Below, in pieces: positions 13,901 through 26,600 of a DNA stretch of 64,000 nucleotides (position 1 is the stretch's first letter; every line of letters starts with the position of its first letter). The notes beneath the pieces are model-generated. The model did not search any database. It had not been told where the DNA came from and saw only the letters and a list, made by a program, of their open reading frames with translations. Origin of the DNA: Octopus sinensis (lineage: Eukaryota); the NCBI RefSeq assembly GCF_006345805.1, contig NC_043005.1:6076001-6140000 (forward strand). The letters run 5' to 3'. A program made the position numbers and the translations under genes.

Positions 13901-16900
13901 CAGTGGACAAAATGCCTTGTGGTAATTATTGTGGGTCTTTATGATCTGAATTCAAATTCCGCTGAGGCCAATTTTGCACTGAGGAGTTGATAAATAAAAT
14001 ACCAGTCCAAATCTTTGTATCCTGAGTTGTGTAGTAGACTTCATCCATCATTCAGATAAACACTAACACCTGGTCAATGGATGCCTCTCGTGGAGTTCAC
14101 TCTGTTGCGAGTATTTGGGAAAGGTTTCCAGTTTGTGGACAAGTTCTCCCTACTTCTCTACCATTTTTAGTGGCTTTGTTAACATTAAGGGTTACTGGTG
14201 CTGTCCTCCCTTCTTTGACTAAATGACCCAGTGTAGTACTATGATTAGAAATAAATGCTGGGGTTGATATGATCCAAGCAGTACCTCAGCAGGGCCGAAG
14301 TCCAATGACTGGAACTAGTGAAAGAATTTCAGTATATATTACCATGTAAAAATCTTTTACTCTCTGTAAAGTGGTTGGCATTAGGAAGGGCATCCTAATG
14401 TAGAAGCCCAGCCAAAGCAGACAATGGAGCCTGGTGTGGCCCCTGGCCTTGCCAGCTTCTGCAGGAGGAGCAATGGCCCAGTGGTTAGGGCAGCGGACTT
14501 GCGGTCGGAGGATCACGGTTTCGATTCCCAGACCGGGCGTTGTGTGTTTATTGAGCAAAAACACCTAAAGCTCCATGAGGCTCCAGCAGGAGGTGGTGGT
14601 GATCCCTGTTGTACTCTTCCGCCCAAATTTTCTCTCACTCTTTCTTCCTGTTTCTTGTCCCCAACTTCCTACGCAACCGCTGAACCTGGATGCGCATTCA
14701 CCCATTGTCGATGCTCTTGGTGTCGGGGGTTGACCTGCTTTCTCTTCTGCGGGTCTTACAAATAGCAAAGGACCACGTTTCGGACTTCTCCCACTGCGGA
14801 CAAGACCGTTCGCTCAACAGCAACAGCAACAGTAGCAACCAGCTTCTGCAAAATCATTCAATCCATGCCAGCATGGAAAATAGACATTAGATGATGATTA
14901 TGATGATGATGATTGTATTTACTCTTTGTATTTAAACTTGCTTTAAATGAAGACCACATCGATAGTGGTTGTTGTAATGTAGATTGTGACTAACTTTCAA
15001 CATGGCTTTCTGTTTTCAGACTCCTCTCGACCATCACGATGCCACTCTCATTATCATTCAGACTCCAACTATAACCAAAACGATGCAGGAGTGAAAGCAA
15101 CTCATTCTTATTCCAGCATTCACATCGCATCTGACCAAAGTTTGGAACAGATTTATTCTCATCGCTCAAAAGAACTCGGATCACCTGCACGCTCTCATTA
15201 CAAAGATCCCTCTTTGAAAGACCAAAATAGCCCTTCTGCTATTGTCCCTTGTCAAAGCAGTCCCAGTCGTGTAAAGGGCTCACATAACCCCTTATATCCA
15301 CATCAGCGTTATTTGGCATATTCACCACAGGGGAGCAAGCCATGTCATAAATCTCGAGGTTATGATTCGGACACTGGTTACCGTAGCGATCAGGAACATC
15401 TTCGTTATAAATACCTTCAAAGTTTGACCATCTCTCCTCAACATTCTAACAAAACAGACAGAAGTTCCGACATATTGACACCATTGAGTCCTTATAAACA
15501 TTGGCCTAAACCATCCAGAAGAGATGGTTATGGTAGTGATGTTGAGAGTTACAGAGGTATGAGTCAAACGTCTGTAGGTTATTCCCCACTCAAAGACCAA
15601 CATTCCTCGCAGAGTGTGCCGTTTGGACTTCATTCCAAGCCTTCATCAGGAGAATCACATTATCAGGCTGTAGGAGAACGTCCTCTTTTAGGAGATGAAT
15701 TTTACAATTACAAAAAAGAACCATCAAGGATTGGTTTAAAACACAGGAACTATTCCCCTTTAACTGTTTCAGCTAGTTTTAATGAAAAAATGCTTGACCA
15801 GAGCACACCGAATTTTTCTAATCCACCACACAGTTTCTCTCAGCTTTTGGACCAACAGCAAATAGAGGATGCCAAGTTAAAGAGTTCCAAACAGTCACTC
15901 TCTAAACAGGAAGAAGTAAGGTGGAAATCTTCCAAGCAATCTCTTTCTCAACAGGAGGAAAATAAGTGGAAAACTTCCAAACATTCTCTTTCACAACAGG
16001 AGGAAATCTATGCAGTTTTAGAAAATAAGACATTGTCAATCGCACACGTAAGTATTTAACCCTTTTATTTCACTTGATTCTGCCTTTGTTTCACTTGATT
16101 TTGAGAATAATGAAGAATTCATAAAAATGACTTTGTCGTTATTGAGCTTGTGTTTGGAAAATAAATCAACATGAAATTTTGACAGAAAATTTTAATTCAA
16201 ATCTCTTTAAAAAATGAAGTTTGTTTAATAAAATCAGGGGTGGTCTCAGGAAGATTGGTATCAAAATGGTTAAGGTAAAAACATTATTGACTTCATATGA
16301 AATCACTGAAAGTTGATGTTGGTTATTGGAATCAGGGTCCAATAAGGAACACAAAGGAGATCACAATGTGGGTAGTGTGGATTTGAACAGAAGAATAGAC
16401 TTCAAGAACCCTAGATACTAAATGTAAATAAATGAAACATGACATTACATTTGCAAGGTTTCTCAAAGATTTCTAATTATATATATATATATAATTAGAC
16501 TATATGTTAACCTCTAGTCTGTTGAAAGAAAATTGATAAACCCACATATAACAGCCAAAGGTACATCTTTTTTCTTCTAATGAAATTATACTCATGTCAC
16601 ATAAATGTAAATTTAATGTACAAATTTGTAATTAAATGATTGAGTATTAATTGAAATATCTGTAAGAAGTGAAGATGAAATAATTATTAACTTCCTAATC
16701 TCCATTTTCTTTCTTCTTATATATATATATATATATATACACAAACACACACATCTATCTGTCTATCTATCTTTCCCCCCACACATACCCACCCAAAGAC
16801 ACATGTACACACATCAATCATGATTTGCATAACTGTAATGCCATAATTTCTATGTAAGATAATCTACATACAAAATTAGGATGTGTGCATACAGTGGCAA

Positions 16901-16908
16901 AATGTTTC

Positions 16909-16939
<31 letters not shown>

Positions 16940-18567
16940 TCACTCGTATACATATGTGGTATTCCTTTATTTATTGCAGAAGCAGGAAAGCAGTGTACGG
17001 AGTAACAGCAATGTTTCAGAGAAGACCCGGCCTAGTGCTCCCCCTTCTTACCACCAGCACAGCCCCCTCTACAGTTCAACTGCTGCTCTTCATTGGCAGC
17101 AGCAGCAGCTGCAGCAGCAACAACAACAACAACAACAGCATTACCAGTATCATCATCATCCTCATCAGAAACAGCCATCACAAACCCCTCTACAGAAACT
17201 TCAGAACGAACCCTCTCCGTTGACCTCCCCGTCTCATTCATCTAACAATTTCTCATCAGAAAACCCTTATGGTTACATATCTCACAGTTCACCTTCGAAC
17301 AAATCAATGCAACATTCCTCCCCCATTTATGATTACACTAATTACACACCTGGTTCCCCCAGCTACCGTAGCGGTTCCAACAGTCCCTCAGCCTACGGTC
17401 AAAAACAGTTCTACCGGCCGGGCAAAGCGAACAGCTGCCGAACGCCCGACATGGCCAAGGGGAACAACTCTGATTGTTTCCCATCTGGACTGGACTCGCC
17501 TCGCGGTTCAACGTCTTCCCGAAGTGACGGAGGAGGGAGTGTCAGTGCGGGTAGCGGATCAAGGAACCTGCGCTACGAACCCCACCGTCTTTCCCCGTTG
17601 TATACCAACCCAGCTTCACACCTACAACCATCGATTTCACACTACGAGGACGTGGCCATTTTCAAAAGCGTGGAACCCTCAACTAGTTCTACAGATAGCG
17701 GTTACGGTCACGTTTATGAGAAAGTAGAGACACACATCCAGCGTCAAGGTAAGTTTATTTAGCTCCTCTTCTTCTTGTTGTTGTTGTTCACTGTTGCTGC
17801 TGAACATAGCAGTCTTATTGGATGCCTTCCTTATTGGCTTTCGTATTGCAAACACAACTAGAATGTTACTCGCTATATGAGAGGTAACTTTGGAAGTATA
17901 CTTTTGCCCTTATGTTTAATATCAAGAATGATGGCATACATACATATATATAATAATTATAATTTAATTTTTATCAAATGTCTTGGTGCTTACACAAAAT
18001 AATGAAATGTATATTAATTTTCCAAAGAAAAATATTCATTAACTTAGAATGAAATAAATGAATGGTCAAAAAAATAAAAAGAAATTGAACAAAATTATAT
18101 TACATATTGGTTTCAAATGTTGGCACAAGGCCAGCAATTTCGAGGAAGGGGATAGTATTCAACTGGTACCTATTTTATCGACCCTGAAGGGATGAAAGGT
18201 AAAGTTGGCCCTGGCAGCATTTGAACTCAGAACGTAGTCAGAAGAAATGCTGCTAAGCAATGTTTCCCAGCACAGTAATGATTCTGCCAGTTCACTGCCT
18301 TAAATTCTACATATATCGATTATATATTGCGGATGGTGACAAACATACTCCCTCCTCCTCCTCTCTCTCTCTCATATGATAGATCGTTAGCTCCCTACAC
18401 GCATTTTTTTTCTCTCCTTGATATTTTCTGTGTATCTTTCTGTCGAAGACCGTAGACTCGAAACGTAAAAGACTTGTTCTATTTCTATTCCTGAGTGCCA
18501 TACTAATACATTTGTTTGTTTGTATTCCACCTGCCTTCGACTTTTGTTTATTTTTGTAAACCTTCCC

Positions 18568-18614
<47 letters not shown>

Positions 18615-21600
18615 TAGATATAAATATGTATAGCTGTTAGGAGGCAGAAGCACTTACACACACCATGTACACACATGACAATAACTTCCGCCTACCAAAT
18701 TCAATTACAAGGCTTTGGTCTGCAGAGTGGTTGGTCTTAGGAAGGGCGTTCAGCTGTAAAAACCCTCCCAAAACAGACACAGTAGCCTAGAGTGGTTTTC
18801 TACTTGTCCTGATTGTCTACCATCCTACCAATGCATGCATAAAAGACAGACGTTAAACGATGCTGATGGTATCATCAGCATTTAACATCTGTTTACCATG
18901 CTGGCATGGGTTGACAGTCTGTGAGCAGCTGGTAGACCAGAGGGCTACACCAGGTCTCAGTCATCTGTTTTGCCATACTTTCCACGGCTGGATGCCCTTC
19001 CTAATGCCAGCCACTTTACAGAGTGGACTGGGGTCTTTTGACCTGGCACTAGCATAGTTGCTCTTTATTTGGCACCGGCATGGGTGTTCTTTATGTGGTG
19101 TCAACACAGTGTTTTATACCTGGTACCAGCATTGGTGCTTTTTACTCCCAGCTCCCAACAGCATACTCCCTCTCCTCTTTTCTGTCTCTATTCTTTCTCT
19201 GTCACAGAGTTTGTTTATAGCATTTCTTTTCTCATTGACTGCCACCAAACCTAGTATGTGCTCTCATCATGCATCTCTTATGTTAATACGTTCTGTATTT
19301 CTCTTTTACTCCTACCACTCTCTCTCTGTACCATATAAAGCATAATTAAGATATCAACTAAATTACTCCCATTCATATCAGCTATTATCATCATCATCGT
19401 TTAACGTCTGTTTTCCATGCTAGCATGGGTTGGACGGTTCAACTGGGGTCTAGGAAGCCAGAAGGCTGCGCCAGGCCCAGTCTGATCTGGCAGTGTTTCT
19501 ACAGCTGGATGCCCTTCCTAACACCAACCACTCTGTGAGTGTAGTGTGTGCTTTTTACGTGCCACCTGCACAGGTGCCAGACGAGGCTGGCAAACGGCCA
19601 CGATCGGATGGTGCTTTTTACATGCTACCGGCACAGAGCCAGACGAGGCTGGCAATGGCCACAATCGGATGGTACATTTTATGTGCCACCGGCATGGAGG
19701 CCAGTCGGGGCGGTGCTGGCAACGGCCATGTTTGGATGGTTCTCTTATGTGCCATTGGCCAATGGTATCGCAGCTACATTTTCCATTGATGTTGATCGAT
19801 TTCGATTTTCATTTTCACTTGCCTCAACAGGTCTTCACAAGTAGAGTTTGTGTCACAAGAAGGAAAGGTATGCATAAGTGGGTTGGCTATGTCCCAGGTA
19901 GAGGCCACAGGTTATGGTCTATCATATACAGATATATTATGAATTATACTATACTGCTATGGTTTATATTATGTATTATAGTATAACATGATAATATAAT
20001 ATCAGTGTACTTATAACATAAAGTGCATAAGCTGGGCAGAAGTAGTGGCAGCACAGATAAAAATACCTTGTGGTATTTAGTTACACGCCTTTAGTTTCTG
20101 ATTTCAAATAGCAAAATCCCAATCTCACCTTTCATTACTGAATGGTTGGTAAAATAAATATTAGTCACATACAGTGGTAGATATTTAATAATAATAATCC
20201 TTTCCACTAAAGGCACAAGGCCTGAAATTTGAAAGGAGGGGACTAGTTGATTACATCGACCCCAGTATTTCACTGGTACTTAATTTATTGACCACGAAAG
20301 GCAAAGTCGACCTTCATCATCATCATTGTTCGACCGTGGTCAAGACAATAGAATTTACCATGCTACACCAGACTTCACGGTCCATCATGGCATTACGGAG
20401 GTCCTGTTGCTGGATGCCTGTATCCCTGGAGATTACATCAGGGTAGGAGAGTGTGCGCGCTCTGGCATTGTGAGTAGATGGCTTCCAGAAGAGGAGAGTA
20501 GAAATTACGTCTTTTTCAGCTCTACAACTATGTCCAGCAAACTGGACTCTCCTACCTTTCACAAGAGATGACACAGTCGACCTTGGCGGAATTTGAACTC
20601 AGAACATAGTGATGGACGAAATAATAATGATAATAATCCTTTCTTCTATTGGTACATCACCTGAAACTTGGGATGGAGATAATTAATTACATTGACATTT
20701 ACCCCCCACCTCCCGTTCTTAATTGGCATTTATTTCAATTCTACTCCTTGGAACCTTGGGTAAGAGTCTTCTACTATATATAGCCTTGGGTCGGCCAAAG
20801 TTTTGTGAGTGAATTTTGTAGATGGAAACTGGAAGAAGCCCGTTGTATATATGTGTGTGTGTTCCACGACTGCTTGACATCAGTGTTGGTTTGTTTGCGT
20901 CCCCATAGTTTAGCGGTTCGATTAAAAGAGGGGAATGATAGAATAAGTTACCAGGCTTTAAAAAAAATACTGGGGTCAAATACTGTGCACTCAAAGCAGA
21001 GACCTCACTCTCCAGTGGGCCCTCTTCGCAACCCTCACACAAACCAGATCACTGACGACCCCAAGGAATGCGCAGAACTCATTGCCGAGTACTATGCAAA
21101 CATATTCACTGTTGAAAGTCAAAATGTACCATCTTCACCATCACTAACAGCAAACTCCATAACAACTACGGAATTTACACTGCAATGCTGCGACGTCACC
21201 TTCAAAATAAGCGCAACTATGCCTCCCCTGGTCTCGATGGAGTTACATACCTGCTTCTCAAACGTGGCAGGCACTTCCTTTTACACCAGCTTTCTATTTT
21301 CTTCCAGTACTGTCTCAACAATGGTGCTACTCCGGAGCAGTGGAAAACTGCCAGTGTCATTCCTCTGTTCAAAAAGGGCGACCGCACATCACCTGTCAAC
21401 TATCGCCCAGTCAGTCTCACTAGCTGTATTGCAAAACTGATGGAATCGTGTGTCAGAGAAACACTCTGGAACTTCTGGAGCTCTCACAGTCTCATCCGAC
21501 CCTCACAATATGGATTTGTCCCTAACTCCAGCTGCAGTGACCAGCTTGTCGAGTTCCTTGAGGACATTACTCAGATTACTGACAGTGGCTCATGGGTGGA

Positions 21601-23615
21601 TGTTGTCTCCTTGACTTTGCTAAGGCTTTCAACTCTGTGCCACACAAAAGGCTTATGGTGAAACTCTCTGCAATGGGTGTGGGGGATGACCTTTTCAACT
21701 GGTTGAAATCCTTCATCCTCAGCCGAAAGGAGGTAGTCACAGTTCTAGGACAGCACTCTACACCATATGAGATGTCATCGGGTGTACCACAGGGATCTGT
21801 CCTTGGTCCCCTCTTGTTTGTGGCATACATTAACGACATAGATGCCAATTTAAAGAATGCCACAGTATTGAAATATGCAGACGACATCAAGCTGTACCTT
21901 GAAATCAAGAGGACAGATCCTGATGTCTACAACTCTTTCCTGCAATCAGACCTAGACACAATGCAGCAATGGATCACAGACTGGCAACTGAAACTGGCTG
22001 TGGACAAGTGTACCACCATGCATTTTGGGAGAAAAAACCCTGCGTTCACTTACTCCCTCCACAACACTGATATCAAGAAATCCTCTTGCGAGCGTGACCT
22101 AGGCATCACTGTCAGCAGTGATTTGCGTTGGTCAAAGCATATCTCTAAGATTGTCAGGAAGGCCGAGGGTGTCTTGGCATCACTCAGCAGGTCTTTTGTT
22201 AGCCGCTCTCCAGCCATCTATTTAAAACTGTATACAGCTATGGTACGACCACACTTGGAATTCGCATCATCAGTTTGGAACCCCTATCTTGCACAGAACA
22301 TTGACCTCCTGGAATCTGTCCAGAGACGTGCAACCAAACGCATACCTCCATCAGACACCTACCATATTCTGAGCGCCTTGTTTCCCTGGGCATGGATTCA
22401 CTGAAGCTCCGGCGTTTGGCGACGGACTTGGTAAACACCCACAAAGTTATCAACCACCTCACCAACAACAACACTGAACACCTTTTTGATCTCCATGTGT
22501 CTAACACACGTGGACATGCCTACAAAGTCAGAAAACAATACAGCTCCCATGACTTTCGGAAACATTTTTTCACGCTCAGAGTTGCTGAAGCATGGAATAA
22601 ACTGCCTGCGTCAGTTGTTGACTGCCATGACACTGCATCTTTTAGGCCCTCATGCTTTCCGAAATCCGCCGAAACTACACCTGATTATATATACACTTTA
22701 GATGAGTTGTAGTGCACCTGAGCACTGTACACAATTATTATTATTATTATTATTATTATTTAATTCATTCGACCAACAAAATTCTTCAAGGCGGTGCCCC
22801 AGCATGGCCGCAGTCTTATAACTGAAACTTGTATAAGATAAAAATGTGGCGAATTATGACCTTTTCGTTGAAGAGGTCATAATACAACCGAAAAATGTCC
22901 AGTTCTACTTATTTTTCCGAAAAACTAATTAAAATAATTAAAATAAAAACTAATTAAAACATCTCGTTCAGAGATTTATTATTAATTAAAATAATATTTG
23001 TCGTTATATTGGTCATTTTTTTTTTTTTTTGTCCTTTCGCCTAATTATTTCTAAGCTGTTAACTTTTCCATGTTTCCTGCCTGAAACATAGAAAGACTGT
23101 TGACGAAGCTCAACGGCTTCTCTCAAACATTCACAGAAAGTTATCTCAATGCAGGGAGGTAACTCTGACAGTTTTATCCTGAGAATTCGTCGATATTAAG
23201 GGAGAGAGTGTTTACGTCCTGAATTTAATTTCCGCCGAGGTCGACTTTGCCTTTCATCCTCTCAGGGATGAAATAAATACCAGTCGAACTCTGGGGTCGA
23301 TGTAATCGGCTTGGCCCTTCCCTCTGAAATTCCTGGCCTTGTACCAAAATTTGAAACCAATATTAAACGGAGAGAAAAAGAAATGGTTAATTTTTATAAT
23401 AATCATCTTCTAAATTATAAGTTGTTTTTTAAAAAATTATTTCTAATAATATAGGCGTAGGAGTGGCTGTGTGGTAAACAGCTTGCTTACGAACCACATG
23501 GTTCCGGGCTCAGTCCCACTGCATGGCACCTTGGGCAAGTGTCTTCTACTATAGCCTCGGGCCGACCAAAGCCTTGTGAGTGGATTTGGAAGATGGAAAC
23601 TGAAAGAAGAATGTC

Positions 23616-23669
<54 letters not shown>

Positions 23670-26600
23670 ACGTGTATATGCTTGTGTGTCTGTGTTTGTC
23701 CCCCCAACATCGCTTGACAACCGATGCTGGTGTGTTTACGTCCCCATAACTTAGCGGTTCGGCAAAATATACTGATAGAATAAGTACTAGGTTTACAAAG
23801 AATAAGTCATGGGGTCGATTTGCTTGACTAAAAAGCAGTACCCCAGCATGGCCACAGTCAAATGACTGAAACAAGTAAAAGAGTGAAAAAACAAATACGA
23901 GGCATGACTGGATGGTTAAGAAGTTCGTTTTTTTCAGCTCCTTTGATTTGGGTTCTGCCCCACTGCACGGCTCTTTGGGCGAATCTCTTTTCCTGTTGAA
24001 CGAATTTGGTAGACAGAAACCCGTCGAGTGTGTGTGTGTATTAATGTAGCTGCTTAATTTAAGTTCTAATTTACACGATCAAGGATTGTGATGTTCAGAC
24101 TCATACGTTTTTACAACTGCTTGATAACCAGTGTTGGTTTGTTTACATTCCAGTAATTTATCTGTTCGGCACAAGAGACTGAAAGAATAAGTACCTAGGG
24201 TCAATCTGATTAATTACAAATGCATCAAGCTGGTGCCCCAGTATGGCTCCAGTCTAATGACTGAAACAAGTAAAAGATACACGAGAGACACACATCTCTC
24301 TCTCTGTTTGTCTGTCTCTCTGTCTATGTCTGTCTCTCTCCCTCTGTCTCCCCGTATCTCTCTCTCTCTGTCTCTCCCCCTCTCTCTCTCTCATACAATG
24401 ATCTGTATGTTCTGTCTTTCCACTCTCACTACCAACAGCCTTACTGCGTTCCAGCAAATGGACAAACTCCTGCTGCCTTCACATCACATTCTCAATCATT
24501 GCACAATTCATTCAACAGCCAAGACTAATTTCCTCCATGTCCCCTTTTCTCTGAAAGTCTTTCTCCCATTCAGAACATACCACTGGCCTGTTTTATGGCT
24601 TCAGTTCTTTCAGCTGGAACTGTTATTCTATGCCATATTATATCCTACGGATGCACTGCCAAGTGGTTAGGGTGTTGCACTCATGATTATGAGGTCATGG
24701 GTTCGATTCTTGAGCAAAAACACTTCATCTCATGTTACTCTGCAATCACTTCAACACCTGACATGTGGTACACCGTCCACCTGCTCAGGCAACGTTGAGT
24801 TGATGGAGGGAGTGAGCTAATGTCCAGCATGCACATTTGATCACTATAAACAAAATCATTTGTGCAGTTCATTGGGCAAAGAAGCTGAACACTCTTGTGT
24901 CATCTTCAATGAGAGTGTCCATCATATTATTAAATTACATTACATTATATTTCCTATTTTATATTATATCAAATTATATTAAATTATATTTCCTATTTTA
25001 TATTATATTACATTATTTTATATTATATTACATATTATATTATATTCTATTGTTTGCTATGTTTTGCCCTTTATAGAGTCTGGGGTAAATTTCAAAAGTT
25101 TGATTCCTACTTTCAGTTCTTGTCAGTCAGACGAATAACAAATCTGCCTCCCAAAGGAATTCCTACCAAGTGAACCCCAATGAAGATGATGGGCTTTCTT
25201 GCACCCCGTCTATTAGTGAAATCTCAAGCCCAACACCCTCAAGAGAAGTGACCCCGAGTAGATGTGTTGAGACTGTTTATCGTCAGCACCAACAACAACA
25301 ACAACATCGCCAGCAGCAACAACAAAAATCTGAAGAGTTTTTAGATTCCAAAAGACAAAATCTGGTTTGTAATTCTTGTAAAGACTCTCTGAAACATCTT
25401 CTGATGAATCTCTCCTCTCAGTCTTTCATTTTCTTTCATAGAAGCTTTTTATTATTGTCAAGTAATATCCCTTAATAACCTGTTGTGTGAATGAATCACC
25501 TTCTTCCTGGGGTGATTCAAGTGTGTGTGGGGGGGATATGCAGGTGTGGTTGAGAAACTCACTTCACAACAACATAGTTTTGGGTTCTGGCCCTCTGTGC
25601 GGTCAGTACCTCAAGTAAGTATCTTCTTCTACAGCCCAAGGCCAACCAAAATATCGTGATTGGATTTGACAGATGGAAATTAAAATATGCCCATTTTGTG
25701 TGTGTGTGTGTGTGCGTGTGCGTGCGTGCCTCCTTGTCTTGACATTATGTGATAATTATAAATGAGTGTCGCAGTAATACAAGCCATGGCATTCGTTTCT
25801 AGTCTCCCATGGAAACATGGCTGGCCATGGGAGAAATATTACCCTGTTTGAGAACAGGGGAAGGTTGGTGACAGGAAGGAGAGCTGATCATGGAAAACCT
25901 TCCTCAACCAATTCTATTTGACCCTTGCAAGCATGGAAAAGATTATAATGAAACAATGGTGATGATGTCTGTGTGTTTTCCATACAGCAGCTTGGCAGTT
26001 TAAACAGCAACTGATGGTCCACATTGTAAACAAAGATATTTTGCATAGTTTGGTATAAAACTGAATTAGTCTAATTAGTTTAATCATTTGGTTGCCTTGC
26101 TGCAGTGCACTGAATGGTTGATGCTAATATTTGTGGTATGCTACAAGAGTAAATGAACAGGTTCTGCTTTCAACTCCAAGTTGATGTCTAAAGTTACAGG
26201 CCGGATAAAATAGTAACACTCGTCAAAAGTATTAAATGTCTTCAATTGCTGAACAAATCAACAGACAATAGTGTGTGTGTCTGTTTGTGTGTGTCTGTTT
26301 GTGTGTGTGTGTTTGTGTGTGTGTGTGCATGCACTCTCACACATATTGAGTTACAGGTTGACTCAGCCTCTCGTGTTACTTAAAGTTTTGTTGATGTAAA
26401 TAAAACATGGCCAGCTTTGCAGATGTCTGTGTGGAGTTGCTTGGGTTCTTTTTTCATGTCCGTGAAACTTTAAGTAACGCAAGGAGCCTCAGCAACATGT
26501 TACTCGATATATACGACTCTATGTTTTGAGTACTACTTCTGTGTGTGCTTTATTCACTTCTCTCTCTCTCTCTCTCTCTCTCTAAGATATATATATATAA

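Noticed and set aside
14465-14545. tRNA gene (also 26820-26900, 54790-54870, 60280-60345)
   Set aside because: A/B boxes are present, but there is no complete acceptor stem and each continues into a repeated SINE body.
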